Positions 6,667-14,257 of a DNA stretch of 27,004 bases are shown here, piece after piece; the first letter of the stretch is position 1; each line of letters starts with the position of its first letter. The stretch spans positions 1 through 27,004 of the forward strand of contig JBGAML010000028.1 of NCBI GenBank assembly GCA_044223005.1. Direction: 5' to 3'. This DNA is from Candidatus Eiseniibacteriota bacterium. Its GTDB lineage: Bacteria; Eisenbacteria; RBG-16-71-46. A program made the position numbers and the translations under genes. The notes below the pieces were generated by a model, which did not search any database, had not been told where the DNA came from, and saw nothing but the letters and a program-made list of their open reading frames with translations.

Positions 6667-8031
6667 TCAGATCATCTGCAGGATCTGCTGCACCATCTGG
6701 TCGGCGACGTTGATCAGCTTCGCCGCCGCCTGGTAGGCCTGCTGCGACGCGATCAGCGTGATCATCTCCTCGTCCACGTTGACGCCGCTCACCGCGGTGC
6801 GTGCCGAGTCGTCGCGATCCACGAGCGTCTGCCGCGCCGAGATGTCCTGCTCGATGTTCGCCACGTCGAGACCCACGCCGGACGCGGTCGAGACGAAGAA
6901 CTCCCGGAACGTGGTCCCTCCCAGCGACGCGACGTTCGTCGTCGCGAGGCCGGCGAGCTGGGTGGCGATCGAGCCGTTGCCCGTGGTGCCATTCGCCGAC
7001 ACCGCGAGGTTGTCCGACGACGCCTGCAGCGCCGCCGAGATGCGGATCGTGCCCGCGGTGGTCCCGGTGGGGTCGAAGAAGTCGATGTTGGTCAGCCCGC
7101 CGACCGTGAAGCCGGACCGGTGCAGGTTGTTGAACTCGGTCACGAACGAGGACGAGAGCTGGTCCAGCTTGGCCAGCACGGTCGGCAGCCGGTTCTGCGA
7201 GATGTCGCCGAGCGCGGCCAGCGAACCCGTCTGCGGGTCGATCGCCGAGCCACCGCCCGCGGGCACGATGCCCCAGCCCCCGCCCACCGCACCCACGGCG
7301 AGGTCACTGTGCTGCGCGCTGTCGACGAGCACGGTGTCGCCGGCCGCGATGCCGATCGTGCCGTCGTCGTGCTCCATCACGCGCACGTTCATGAACTGCG
7401 AGAGCTGGTCCACGAGCGCGTCGCGCTGGTCGAGCAGGTCGGACGAGGCCCCGCCGGGGCCCTCGGTGGTGAGGATCTTCTGGTTCAGGTCGGCGATCTG
7501 CCGGGTCAGCGAGTTCACCTGGCCGACCTGGGTCTTCATGTCGTCGACCGTCTCCTGCCTCATGCGGCCGATCTGCTGGCTGAGCGAGTTGAGCTGCGAG
7601 GCGAGGCGCGTGCCCGCCGAGACCACGAGGTCGCGGTTGACGTGACTCGTCGGGTCGCTGGCGAGGTCGGAGAGCGAGTTGAAGAGCTTGTCCATCGCCG
7701 CCGACACGCCGTCGGTCGAGGGCTCGTTGAGCGTCGACTCGACCTGGCTGAGGTAGCTGTGGAGCGTCGTCGACTGGCCGAGCAGGCCGTTGTCGCGACG
7801 GAACGCGGCGTCGTAGAACTGGTCGCGCGAACGCGTGACCTGGTAGGCCTCGACGCCGCGGCCGAGCGAGTACGTGGGCAGCACGAGCGGATCGGCCGGA
7901 CGCAGCTGGAGCGACTGCCGGCTGTATCCGGGCGTGTTCGCGTTGGCCACGTTGTGGCCCGTGATCTCCATGGCGCGCTGGTGCACGATCAGCGCGGAGC
8001 GGGCGATGCTGAGCAGGCTCGCGAGCGACAT
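6667..8031 (-). CDS. flgK: Flagellar hook-associated protein 1 FlgK (454 aa)
   Basis: MSLASLLSIARSAL...TGHNVANANTPGYSRQ, DLLDQRD, SGVNVDEEM...QQAYQAAAK. Confidence 0.96.
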   Translation of the reverse strand: MSLASLLSIARSALIVHQRAMEITGHNVANANTPGYSRQSLQLRPADPLVLPTYSLGRGVEAYQVTRSRDQFYDAAFRRDNGLLGQSTTLHSYLSQVESTLNEPSTDGVSAAMDKLFNSLSDLASDPTSHVNRDLVVSAGTRLASQLNSLSQQIGRMRQETVDDMKTQVGQVNSLTRQIADLNQKILTTEGPGGASSDLLDQRDALVDQLSQFMNVRVMEHDDGTIGIAAGDTVLVDSAQHSDLAVGAVGGGWGIVPAGGGSAIDPQTGSLAALGDISQNRLPTVLAKLDQLSSSFVTEFNNLHRSGFTVGGLTNIDFFDPTGTTAGTIRISAALQASSDNLAVSANGTTGNGSIATQLAGLATTNVASLGGTTFREFFVSTASGVGLDVANIEQDISARQTLVDRDDSARTAVSGVNVDEEMITLIASQQAYQAAAKLINVADQMVQQILQMI

Positions 8032-8032
8032 G

Positions 8033-8578
8033 TCACACCTTCCGGTCGAGCAGCTTGCCGGAACCGTCGTCGTCGCGACGGTCGCCCGGCCGGTAGACGG
8101 GATCCGGGCCGCCGGCGAACAGCGCCTGCAGGAAGGACTCGCCCGCTTCCACGGTGCGCTGGAGCACCACGCGATTGACGGAGGCCTCTCGGGCCGCACC
8201 CTCGGCGGCGCGCCGGAGCGCGAGCCCGGCCTCCGCGAGCGCGGGCGGCAGCAGTCCGCCGCGACTCTCGGCGAGTCCCTCGAGCGTCGCCGGGCCGTCG
8301 GGCACGAGCGTCGAGAGCAGCCGGACGCGATGCGTGCGCGAGGCGTCCAGCGTCACCAGCAGGCGGGCGATGTCGTCGCAACTCGCGTGCACGGAGTCGA
8401 TCGCGTCGCGGGCGACGCCGTCGCGCTGGCGCACGAGCGCCTCGCGCAGGTCGCTCACCGCCGCCGCCTCACGCGCGACCGCGCGCGCCAGCGTCTCGAG
8501 CAGTTCGTCCTCGTGCATGCCACCGACCTTTCCGTCCGCGCGCACGGGTTCCACCGGCGCCGTCGTCTGCGGGCTCAT
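8033..8578 (-). CDS. flgN: Flagellar export chaperone FlgN-like protein
   Basis: Helical protein directly upstream of flgK with an FlgN-like pattern (...EASVNRVVLQ...PVYRPG...LLDRKV); ATG overlaps the flgJ stop; alternative start at 8518. Confidence 0.75.
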   Translation of the reverse strand: MSPQTTAPVEPVRADGKVGGMHEDELLETLARAVAREAAAVSDLREALVRQRDGVARDAIDSVHASCDDIARLLVTLDASRTHRVRLLSTLVPDGPATLEGLAESRGGLLPPALAEAGLALRRAAEGAAREASVNRVVLQRTVEAGESFLQALFAGGPDPVYRPGDRRDDDGSGKLLDRKV

Positions 8579-8889
8579 CGCTCCTCCGGGGTTCCTTCCG
8601 CCGGCAGTCTCGCCGCCAGCTGGCGGTACAGCGCTTCGCCGAGGCCGTGCGACATGCGCCGCGACGCCTCCTGCGCCATGCGTTCGTCGAACAGCTGCGT
8701 GAACAACTCCTGGCCGGGCGCCGGGTCGATTGCGCCCCCCTGCGGCACGCTCTGGCGCATCGCCTGGAAGAGCTGGTTCAGGAACACGCCCTCGAGCTGG
8801 TCCGCGAGCGCGCGCACCTTCGCGTGCTGGCCGGTCAGGCCGTGCGCCGCGGGCGTGCCCGCTCCGCCGATGCCGCCGACGGGCGTCAT
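8575..8889 (-). CDS. flgJ: FlgJ rod-binding (rod cap) domain protein without muramidase domain (104 aa)
   Basis: LEGVFLNQLFQAMRQSVP...FTQLFDERMA...GLGEALYRQL; lies after flgI. Confidence 0.9.
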   Translation of the reverse strand: MTPVGGIGGAGTPAAHGLTGQHAKVRALADQLEGVFLNQLFQAMRQSVPQGGAIDPAPGQELFTQLFDERMAQEASRRMSHGLGEALYRQLAARLPAEGTPEER

Positions 8890-9956
8890 CGCACCACCAC
8901 CTCGGCGCGCAGCGCACCGGCCGCCTGCAGCGCCTCGAAGATCGCCGCGAGGTCCTCGGGCCGGACGCCCGCCGCATGCAGCCCGGCGGCCACGTCCTGC
9001 ACCGTGCTGCGCGCGTCGACGCGCACGAGGCCGTCGGCCTTCGTCGTGTCGGCCGCGGCGCCGCCGGTGCGGCCACCGACCGCGAGCGTGAGCCCGCCGT
9101 GGTGGATCACCGCCGGCCCGAGCCGCAGGTCGCCGCCGCTCACCAGCGTGCCCGAGCGGCCGTCGATCACGATGCGCGCGGGGCTCGGCGCGAGCAGCGG
9201 CACCGTGTCCACCGCGGCGTAGAAGCCCATCTCGCCCTCGGCGCCCGTGGTCTTCGGCACGAGCGTCACCGATCCGGGATCGTCCACCTTCGCCGTGCCG
9301 TCGCCGAACGTGCCGTTGATCGCCGCGGCGATGCGCGACGCGGTCGGCAGGTCCGGCACCCGGAGCAGCAGCTGGCGCGACGGGGCCGGAACGCTGGCCG
9401 GGTCCACCTCGAGCACGCCGCCCGCGGGCACGCGCGCGGAGTTCGCGCGGCGCAGGAACGCCGTGCGCCCGCCCTCGTCCGAGGGCACGAACAGGCTGCC
9501 CTGCGCGGTCGCGACCGGCGGATCGTCGGGATCGGCCACGAGCGGCGTGATCCACAGCACACCGCCCCGCAGCGACGTCGCGTCGCCGAGCGCGGACACC
9601 TGCACTTCGAACCGGCCGCCGGCTCGCAGCCACGGTGAGAGCTCGGCGGTCACGACGACCGCGGCCACGTCGCGCACGCGCAGCTGCTCCGGCGGAACCT
9701 CGACCGAGAAGCGGCGCAGCAGGTTCACGACCGAGCGCACCGACGGCGTCGTCGACGTCGAGGTACCGAAACTGCGATCTCCCGTGCCGTCGAGACCGGT
9801 GACGATGCCGTAGCCGACCAGCCGCCGCGGCACATTGCCCGCGTGCAGCGTCAGGTCGCCCACGCGCGAAGGCGCCTGCGCGCGCGCCACCGGGGCGGCG
9901 AACGCGAGCGCGGCGAGCAGCGCCGCGAACCGGAGTGCCGTCCGCACCGCCGTCAC
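8886..9956 (-). CDS. flgI: Flagellar P-ring protein FlgI
   Basis: Signal peptide, then LVGYGIVTGLDGTGD, AAVVVTAEL, VSALGDATSLRGGVL, C-terminal LQAAGALRAEVVV; GTG overlaps the flgH stop. Confidence 0.95.
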   Translation of the reverse strand: MTAVRTALRFAALLAALAFAAPVARAQAPSRVGDLTLHAGNVPRRLVGYGIVTGLDGTGDRSFGTSTSTTPSVRSVVNLLRRFSVEVPPEQLRVRDVAAVVVTAELSPWLRAGGRFEVQVSALGDATSLRGGVLWITPLVADPDDPPVATAQGSLFVPSDEGGRTAFLRRANSARVPAGGVLEVDPASVPAPSRQLLLRVPDLPTASRIAAAINGTFGDGTAKVDDPGSVTLVPKTTGAEGEMGFYAAVDTVPLLAPSPARIVIDGRSGTLVSGGDLRLGPAVIHHGGLTLAVGGRTGGAAADTTKADGLVRVDARSTVQDVAAGLHAAGVRPEDLAAIFEALQAAGALRAEVVVR

Positions 9957-10606
9957 GGCCAGAGCTTCCCGAGCAGCGAACCGAGGAAGCCGGTCCGCGG
10001 GGCGATCTTCTTGCCCTTGTAGGTCAGCTCCACGTCCGCGACGCGATCCGAGCGCACCTGGTTGCGGGCGTCGACATCGGCCGTGCGGATCGAACCCGTG
10101 AGAGTGACCTCCTGGGCCCGGCCGTCCACGTTGACGTGCTTGCTGCCGGAGATCTTCGCGACGCCGTTGGGCGCGATCGCGAGCACGCGCGCGGTGAGCA
10201 CGGCGGTGAAGTCGGCGGTGCGGCCGGCGTCGCCGACGTCGCGCGAGTTGCTGTTGATGCCGGTACCGAACGACTTCGCCGGGCCGACGCGGGCATCGGT
10301 GCCGACGCCGGCGTTGAGGTCGGCGCGCGACGAACGGTTGCCGGTCGCGATGCTGGAGACGTGCTCGTTGGCGGCGGTCTGCTCGTCGACGATCACGGTG
10401 ACGAGGTCGCCCACCCGCAGCGGCACGCGATCCGAGAGCCACGACGCGCGCGGCGAGCGCACCGGCGCGGCGGTGGCCGCGGAGTCGGGCCTCGCCGCGG
10501 CGGAGTCGGGCGCCGCGGCGTCCTGCGCCCGCGCCGCACCGGCGACGAGCGCGAGTGCGGCGAGCGCGGTGAGCGTGACGAGCGATGCTGCCGGGATCCG
10601 CTTCAT
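9953..10606 (-). CDS. flgH: Flagellar L-ring protein FlgH
   Basis: SDR...VGDLVTVIVDE, LTARV...PNG...ISGSK, LTGSIR..DV...NQVRS.RVAD..LTYKG, C-terminal GFLGSLLGKLWP. Confidence 0.92.
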   Translation of the reverse strand: MKRIPAASLVTLTALAALALVAGAARAQDAAAPDSAAARPDSAATAAPVRSPRASWLSDRVPLRVGDLVTVIVDEQTAANEHVSSIATGNRSSRADLNAGVGTDARVGPAKSFGTGINSNSRDVGDAGRTADFTAVLTARVLAIAPNGVAKISGSKHVNVDGRAQEVTLTGSIRTADVDARNQVRSDRVADVELTYKGKKIAPRTGFLGSLLGKLWP

Positions 10607-11292
10607 CGTCCGGAACCTCCCGCGACCAGTTCGGCCTCGCCCGGCGCGACCACGGTGCCCGTGAGCCGCGCGGGGCGCTCCTCGAGCCGTGCACGCACGG
10701 TTTCGCCACGGCGCGCGTTGTTGAGCGCGATGCCCATCACCGACACCTCCACACCGCCCCGCTCCCAGCGCATGCGGACCGGCTGGCCCGCGAGCACGAT
10801 CGCCGGCGGCGTCACCGCCGGCGCCGCGGCCACCTCGCCGGGAGCGAGCGGGCGGCGCACCTCCCACCCGGTCCCGGGAGCGGCCAGCGACTCCGGCTGC
10901 GGCACGCCCCAGCGCACGCGCAGTTCCTCGCGGAGGTCGTCCGGCGCGACGTGGGTCCCCGCGGGCAGCGCGCGCGAGGCGACCATCACCGGACGTTCGA
11001 GCCCCGCGCGTACGCGCACGGCCATCGCGCCTGAGCCGGCCGGGTCGAACACGACCACGTACCAGCCGTCCTCGCCGTGCCCGATCACGCGGAAGACCGA
11101 GTCCTCCGCGGGCACGGGTCCGCTCGCGCGGCCCCACTCGAGCCGCACCTGCTCGGCCGGCACGCGCCACGACGCGGCGATGCGCGCCGCGACGCGCGCC
11201 GCGACCGTGCGCGGCACGGGCGCGTCGGCGACCCGGGCGCTGAGCAGCAGTGTCCCGAGGCTCGCGACGAGCCAGTTAGCGAATGATGTCAT
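10603..11292 (-). CDS. flgA: Flagellar P-ring formation chaperone FlgA
   Basis: SAF-like VMVASRALPAGTHVAPDDL, RRPLAPGE, IVLAGQPV...GGVEVSVMGIALNNARRGETVRAR; lies between flgG and flgH. Confidence 0.85.
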   Translation of the reverse strand: MTSFANWLVASLGTLLLSARVADAPVPRTVAARVAARIAASWRVPAEQVRLEWGRASGPVPAEDSVFRVIGHGEDGWYVVVFDPAGSGAMAVRVRAGLERPVMVASRALPAGTHVAPDDLREELRVRWGVPQPESLAAPGTGWEVRRPLAPGEVAAAPAVTPPAIVLAGQPVRMRWERGGVEVSVMGIALNNARRGETVRARLEERPARLTGTVVAPGEAELVAGGSGR

Positions 11293-12064
11293 TGGTCGCC
11301 TGCATCATGGTTTCGGCGGTGGTGATCGCCTTGGCGTTGATCTCGTACGCGCGCTGCGCCGCGATCATGTCCGTCATCTCCTGCACGATCTCGACGTTGC
11401 TGGTCTCGAGCGAGCCCTGCGTCAGCTGGCCGAAGCCCTCGTCCTGCGGGAAGCCGAGGATCGGGTCGCCCGAGGCCGGCGAGGCCTGGAAGAGGTTCTG
11501 GCCCAGCGCGACCATGCCGCTCGGGTTCAGGAATCGCGCGAGTTCGACGCGCCCCAGCTCGAGCGTGGTCGTCGTCCCGGCCTGCAGCACGCTCACCGTG
11601 CCGTTGGCCGAGATCGTGAGCCCCGTCGCGTCGGCGGGAACCGTCACACCCGGCAGCACGAGGTAGCCGTCCTGCGTCGTGAGCTGACCGGTGTCGGAGA
11701 TCGTGAGGCTGCCGTCGCGCGTGTAGGCGGTGGAGCCGTCGGGCCGCTGCACCTGCAGGTAGCCGTCACCCTCGATCGCCACGTCGGTCGGGCGCTGCGT
11801 CACCTCGGGCGCACCCTGGCCCTCGAGCCGCAGGATCGCCGCGACGCGCACGCCCTTGCCCACCTGCACCGGCGCGACCGTCTGCGTGCCCTGGTAGTTC
11901 ACCATCCGGGCGCCTTCGAGCGTTTCGTAGAGCACGTCCTCGAAGCTCACGCGGCTGCGCTTGAAGCCGGTCGTGTTGACGTTGGCGAGGTTGTTCGCGA
12001 TGACGTCGATCATCCGCTGCTGTGCGGCCATGCCGCTCGCGGAAGTACGCATGCTGCCGTTCAT
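11276..12064 (-). CDS. flgG: Flagellar distal rod protein FlgG (262 aa)
   Basis: SGMAAQQRMIDVIANNLANVNTTGFK, FEDVLYE, AIEGDGY, YTRDGS, QGSLETSNVEIVQEM...QRAYEINAK. Confidence 0.97.
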   Translation of the reverse strand: MNGSMRTSASGMAAQQRMIDVIANNLANVNTTGFKRSRVSFEDVLYETLEGARMVNYQGTQTVAPVQVGKGVRVAAILRLEGQGAPEVTQRPTDVAIEGDGYLQVQRPDGSTAYTRDGSLTISDTGQLTTQDGYLVLPGVTVPADATGLTISANGTVSVLQAGTTTTLELGRVELARFLNPSGMVALGQNLFQASPASGDPILGFPQDEGFGQLTQGSLETSNVEIVQEMTDMIAAQRAYEINAKAITTAETMMQATNDIIR

Positions 12065-12114
12065 GCTCCGTCCTTTCCGTGCCGGCCCGCGGGCGACGTC
12101 GCCCCGGGCACGGA

Positions 12115-12810
12115 TCAGCCGACCTTGCCGACTTCGTTCGTGATCGCGCCCAGCACGCTGTCCATCGCCTTGAGCGCGTCCACGTTCGCGGCGAACGCGC
12201 GCTGGATCGTGACCAGGTCCACCATCGAGAGCAGTGGATCGAGGTTCGCCTCCTCCACCGCGCCCTGCCGCACCCGCGTCGTGTCGTCGTCCACTGCGTG
12301 CACCTCCTGCGCGGGCACGAATCGCCCGAAGCCTTCCTTGAGCATCCGCTGGGGTTCGTCCACGTTCACGACGCGCAACCGTCCGGAGGTGACGCCGTCC
12401 ACGGCGACCGTGCCGTCGGCGTGCACCACCACGCTGCCGCCTTCCACGACGATCGGGCCGCCGTCGCCGACGACCGGATCGCCCTGCGCGTCGGCGAGCC
12501 GGCCGGCCGCGTCGACGTGGAACGAGCCGCCGCGCGTGAGCCGTTCGCCCTGCGGCGTCTTGACCACGAAGAAGCCCGCGCCGTCGAGCGAGAGATCGAG
12601 CGGGCGCGCGGTCTCGCGGAACGCGCCCTGCCGGAGATCCAGGTCCTGCACCGGCACGGGCGAGCTGGCGCCGCCGACCGCATGCGCGAGGAGACGGTCC
12701 GCCTTGAAGGCGTCCGTGCTCGCGTTCGCGAGGTTGTTCGCGGTCACTTCCTGCCGGCGCGCATAGAACGACAGCGTGTGCGCGGTGTTCAGGATTCCCT
12801 GCAGGGGCAT
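12115..12810 (-). CDS. flgF: Flagellar basal body rod protein FlgF
   Basis: ANNLANASTDAFK, QGAFRETARPLDL, GFFVV...LTRGGSF, QGAVEEANLDP...QRAF; upstream of flgG; GGAGG RBS. Confidence 0.88.
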   Translation of the reverse strand: MPLQGILNTAHTLSFYARRQEVTANNLANASTDAFKADRLLAHAVGGASSPVPVQDLDLRQGAFRETARPLDLSLDGAGFFVVKTPQGERLTRGGSFHVDAAGRLADAQGDPVVGDGGPIVVEGGSVVVHADGTVAVDGVTSGRLRVVNVDEPQRMLKEGFGRFVPAQEVHAVDDDTTRVRQGAVEEANLDPLLSMVDLVTIQRAFAANVDALKAMDSVLGAITNEVGKVG

Positions 12811-12860
12811 GGTTCCTCCGGGATGGGCCCGCGTGGGGCCGTGTGCTCCGGAGGCGGAAC

Positions 12861-12876
12861 TGCAAGCGATGTGCCG
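12861..12876 (-). promoter_or_regulatory. sigma54 promoter of the flgF operon
   Basis: Minus strand CGGCACATCGCTTGCA, a near-perfect match to YGGCAC-N5-TTGCW, 50 nt upstream of the flgF ATG. Confidence 0.85.
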
Positions 12877-12950
12877 CGGATCGCGCCGGGGCGAGCGCAC
12901 GCGTTCACCGGCATTTGCGCGCGGGGCCTCGCGGCCGCGGCGCGCGGGGG

Positions 12951-12985
12951 CGGCACTTCCTGCCGGAGAGCGGCGCTTGCTTCCG
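12951..12985. promoter_or_regulatory. Tandem dyad boxes, putative enhancer for a sigma54 activator
   Basis: CGGCA-cttcc-TGCCG (12951-12965) and CGGCG-cttgc-TTCCG (12971-12985), 20 bp period, 75-110 bp upstream of the sigma54 site. Confidence 0.6.
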
Positions 12986-12995
12986 GCGGCGGACG

Positions 12996-13490
12996 CTAGC
13001 GGCGGGCGCCGACGCCGGGCGTCAGCATCGTCCGCACCGCGTCCTGCGGCACGCGCGTGCGGCGGGCGATCCGCTCGGGCGAGTGCCCGGCGCGCGCGAG
13101 CGCCCAGACGCGGCCGCGCGGATCGCGGCGCAACATCGCGACGAGCGAGACGACGGCGACGAGCCCGGCGATCGCACCCGCGACCGCGGCTTCCGGCACG
13201 CCCACGGGGAGCGCCGGCAGGCGCTTCGGCAGCACCTCGGCGGCCGACGCCAGCAGGCGCGGCGGCGCGATCGCGATCCGCGGCGTGTGCGGGCGCGGCG
13301 CGACGGCCGCCACGGCCGCACGGTGCGGGACGGCCGCGTGCTGCGCGGGCGTGGACCACGTGGCGAGCGCGTGCTCGAGCGCTCCCCGGCCGCCGGCCAG
13401 CAGCGATTCCCACGGCAGGCGCGGGAGCTGGCCCGCGAGCACCAGGAGCAGGGCGGTGACGCCGACGGCGAGCAGCGTGGAACGCTTCAC
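12996..13490 (-). CDS. Hypothetical membrane protein with C-terminal HTH-like motif
   Basis: GTG overlaps the fliA stop; N-terminal hydrophobic segment, second TM (AAVAGAIAGLVAVVSLVAML), then RVWALARAGHSPERIARRTRVPQDAVRTML. Confidence 0.65.
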   Translation of the reverse strand: MKRSTLLAVGVTALLLVLAGQLPRLPWESLLAGGRGALEHALATWSTPAQHAAVPHRAAVAAVAPRPHTPRIAIAPPRLLASAAEVLPKRLPALPVGVPEAAVAGAIAGLVAVVSLVAMLRRDPRGRVWALARAGHSPERIARRTRVPQDAVRTMLTPGVGARR

Positions 13491-14257
13491 GCCGCCTGCT
13501 CCCGCGCGCCCTCCTCCACCAGCTCGCGCAGGCGCTTCAGCGCGCGCGTTCGGATCTGCGAGATGCGCGACTCGGAGACGTGCATCACTTCGCCGATCTG
13601 GCGGAGGTTGAGCTCCTCGTAGTAGTAGAGCGTCAGGACGAGCCGATCGCGGCCCGAGAGGCGCGTGAACGCCTCGCGCAACTGGCGCAGGCTCTCCTGG
13701 TCGTCGATCGCGTCGCCGGGCTCGGCCGCGAGCACGTCTGCGATGCTCTCGGAAAGACGCGGCGCGTGGTCGTCGGAGTCGTCGCCGGGCGCGTCCAGCT
13801 GCAGGACGACGCGGCCGTCGATCTCCTCCTGCCAGCGCCAGTAATCCTCCATCTCGATACCGAGCTGCCCCGCGACCTCCTCGTGCGAGGGCTGGCGGCC
13901 GAGCTGGTGCTGCAGCGTCGCGCGCGCGGCGCCGAGCTGGCGGCTGCGCATGCGCACGGAACGCGGCATCCAGTCGCGGGCGCGCAGCTCGTCGAGCATC
14001 GCGCCACGGATGCGGGGCATCGCGTAGGTGCTGAACGCGAGACCGCGCCCGGGGTCGAAGCCTTCGAGCGCCTGCACGAGGCCGAGCGTTCCGGCACCGA
14101 TCAGGTCGTCGATCTCGACGTCGCGCGAGATCCGCCGCGCGAGCTGGTGCGCGCTGTGGTGGACCAGGCCGAGGTAACGGTCGAGCAGCTGCGTGCGCGC
14201 GAACGGATCACCGGTCCCGCGGTACCGGGCCCACAGCGCGTCGATGAGATCCGTCAT
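13487..14257 (-). CDS. fliA: RNA polymerase sigma-28 factor FliA/WhiG family (256 aa)
   Basis: DDLIGAGTLGLVQA..FDP.RG..FSTYAMPRIRGAMLDELR.RDWMPRSVR; LYYYEELNLRQIGEVMHVSESRISQI. Confidence 0.96.
   Translation of the reverse strand: MTDLIDALWARYRGTGDPFARTQLLDRYLGLVHHSAHQLARRISRDVEIDDLIGAGTLGLVQALEGFDPGRGLAFSTYAMPRIRGAMLDELRARDWMPRSVRMRSRQLGAARATLQHQLGRQPSHEEVAGQLGIEMEDYWRWQEEIDGRVVLQLDAPGDDSDDHAPRLSESIADVLAAEPGDAIDDQESLRQLREAFTRLSGRDRLVLTLYYYEELNLRQIGEVMHVSESRISQIRTRALKRLRELVEEGAREQAA

Noticed and set aside
9935..12766. 943 aa plus-strand ORF
   Set aside because: Antisense to flgH, flgA, flgG and flgF; no domain signatures; codon-bias artefact.
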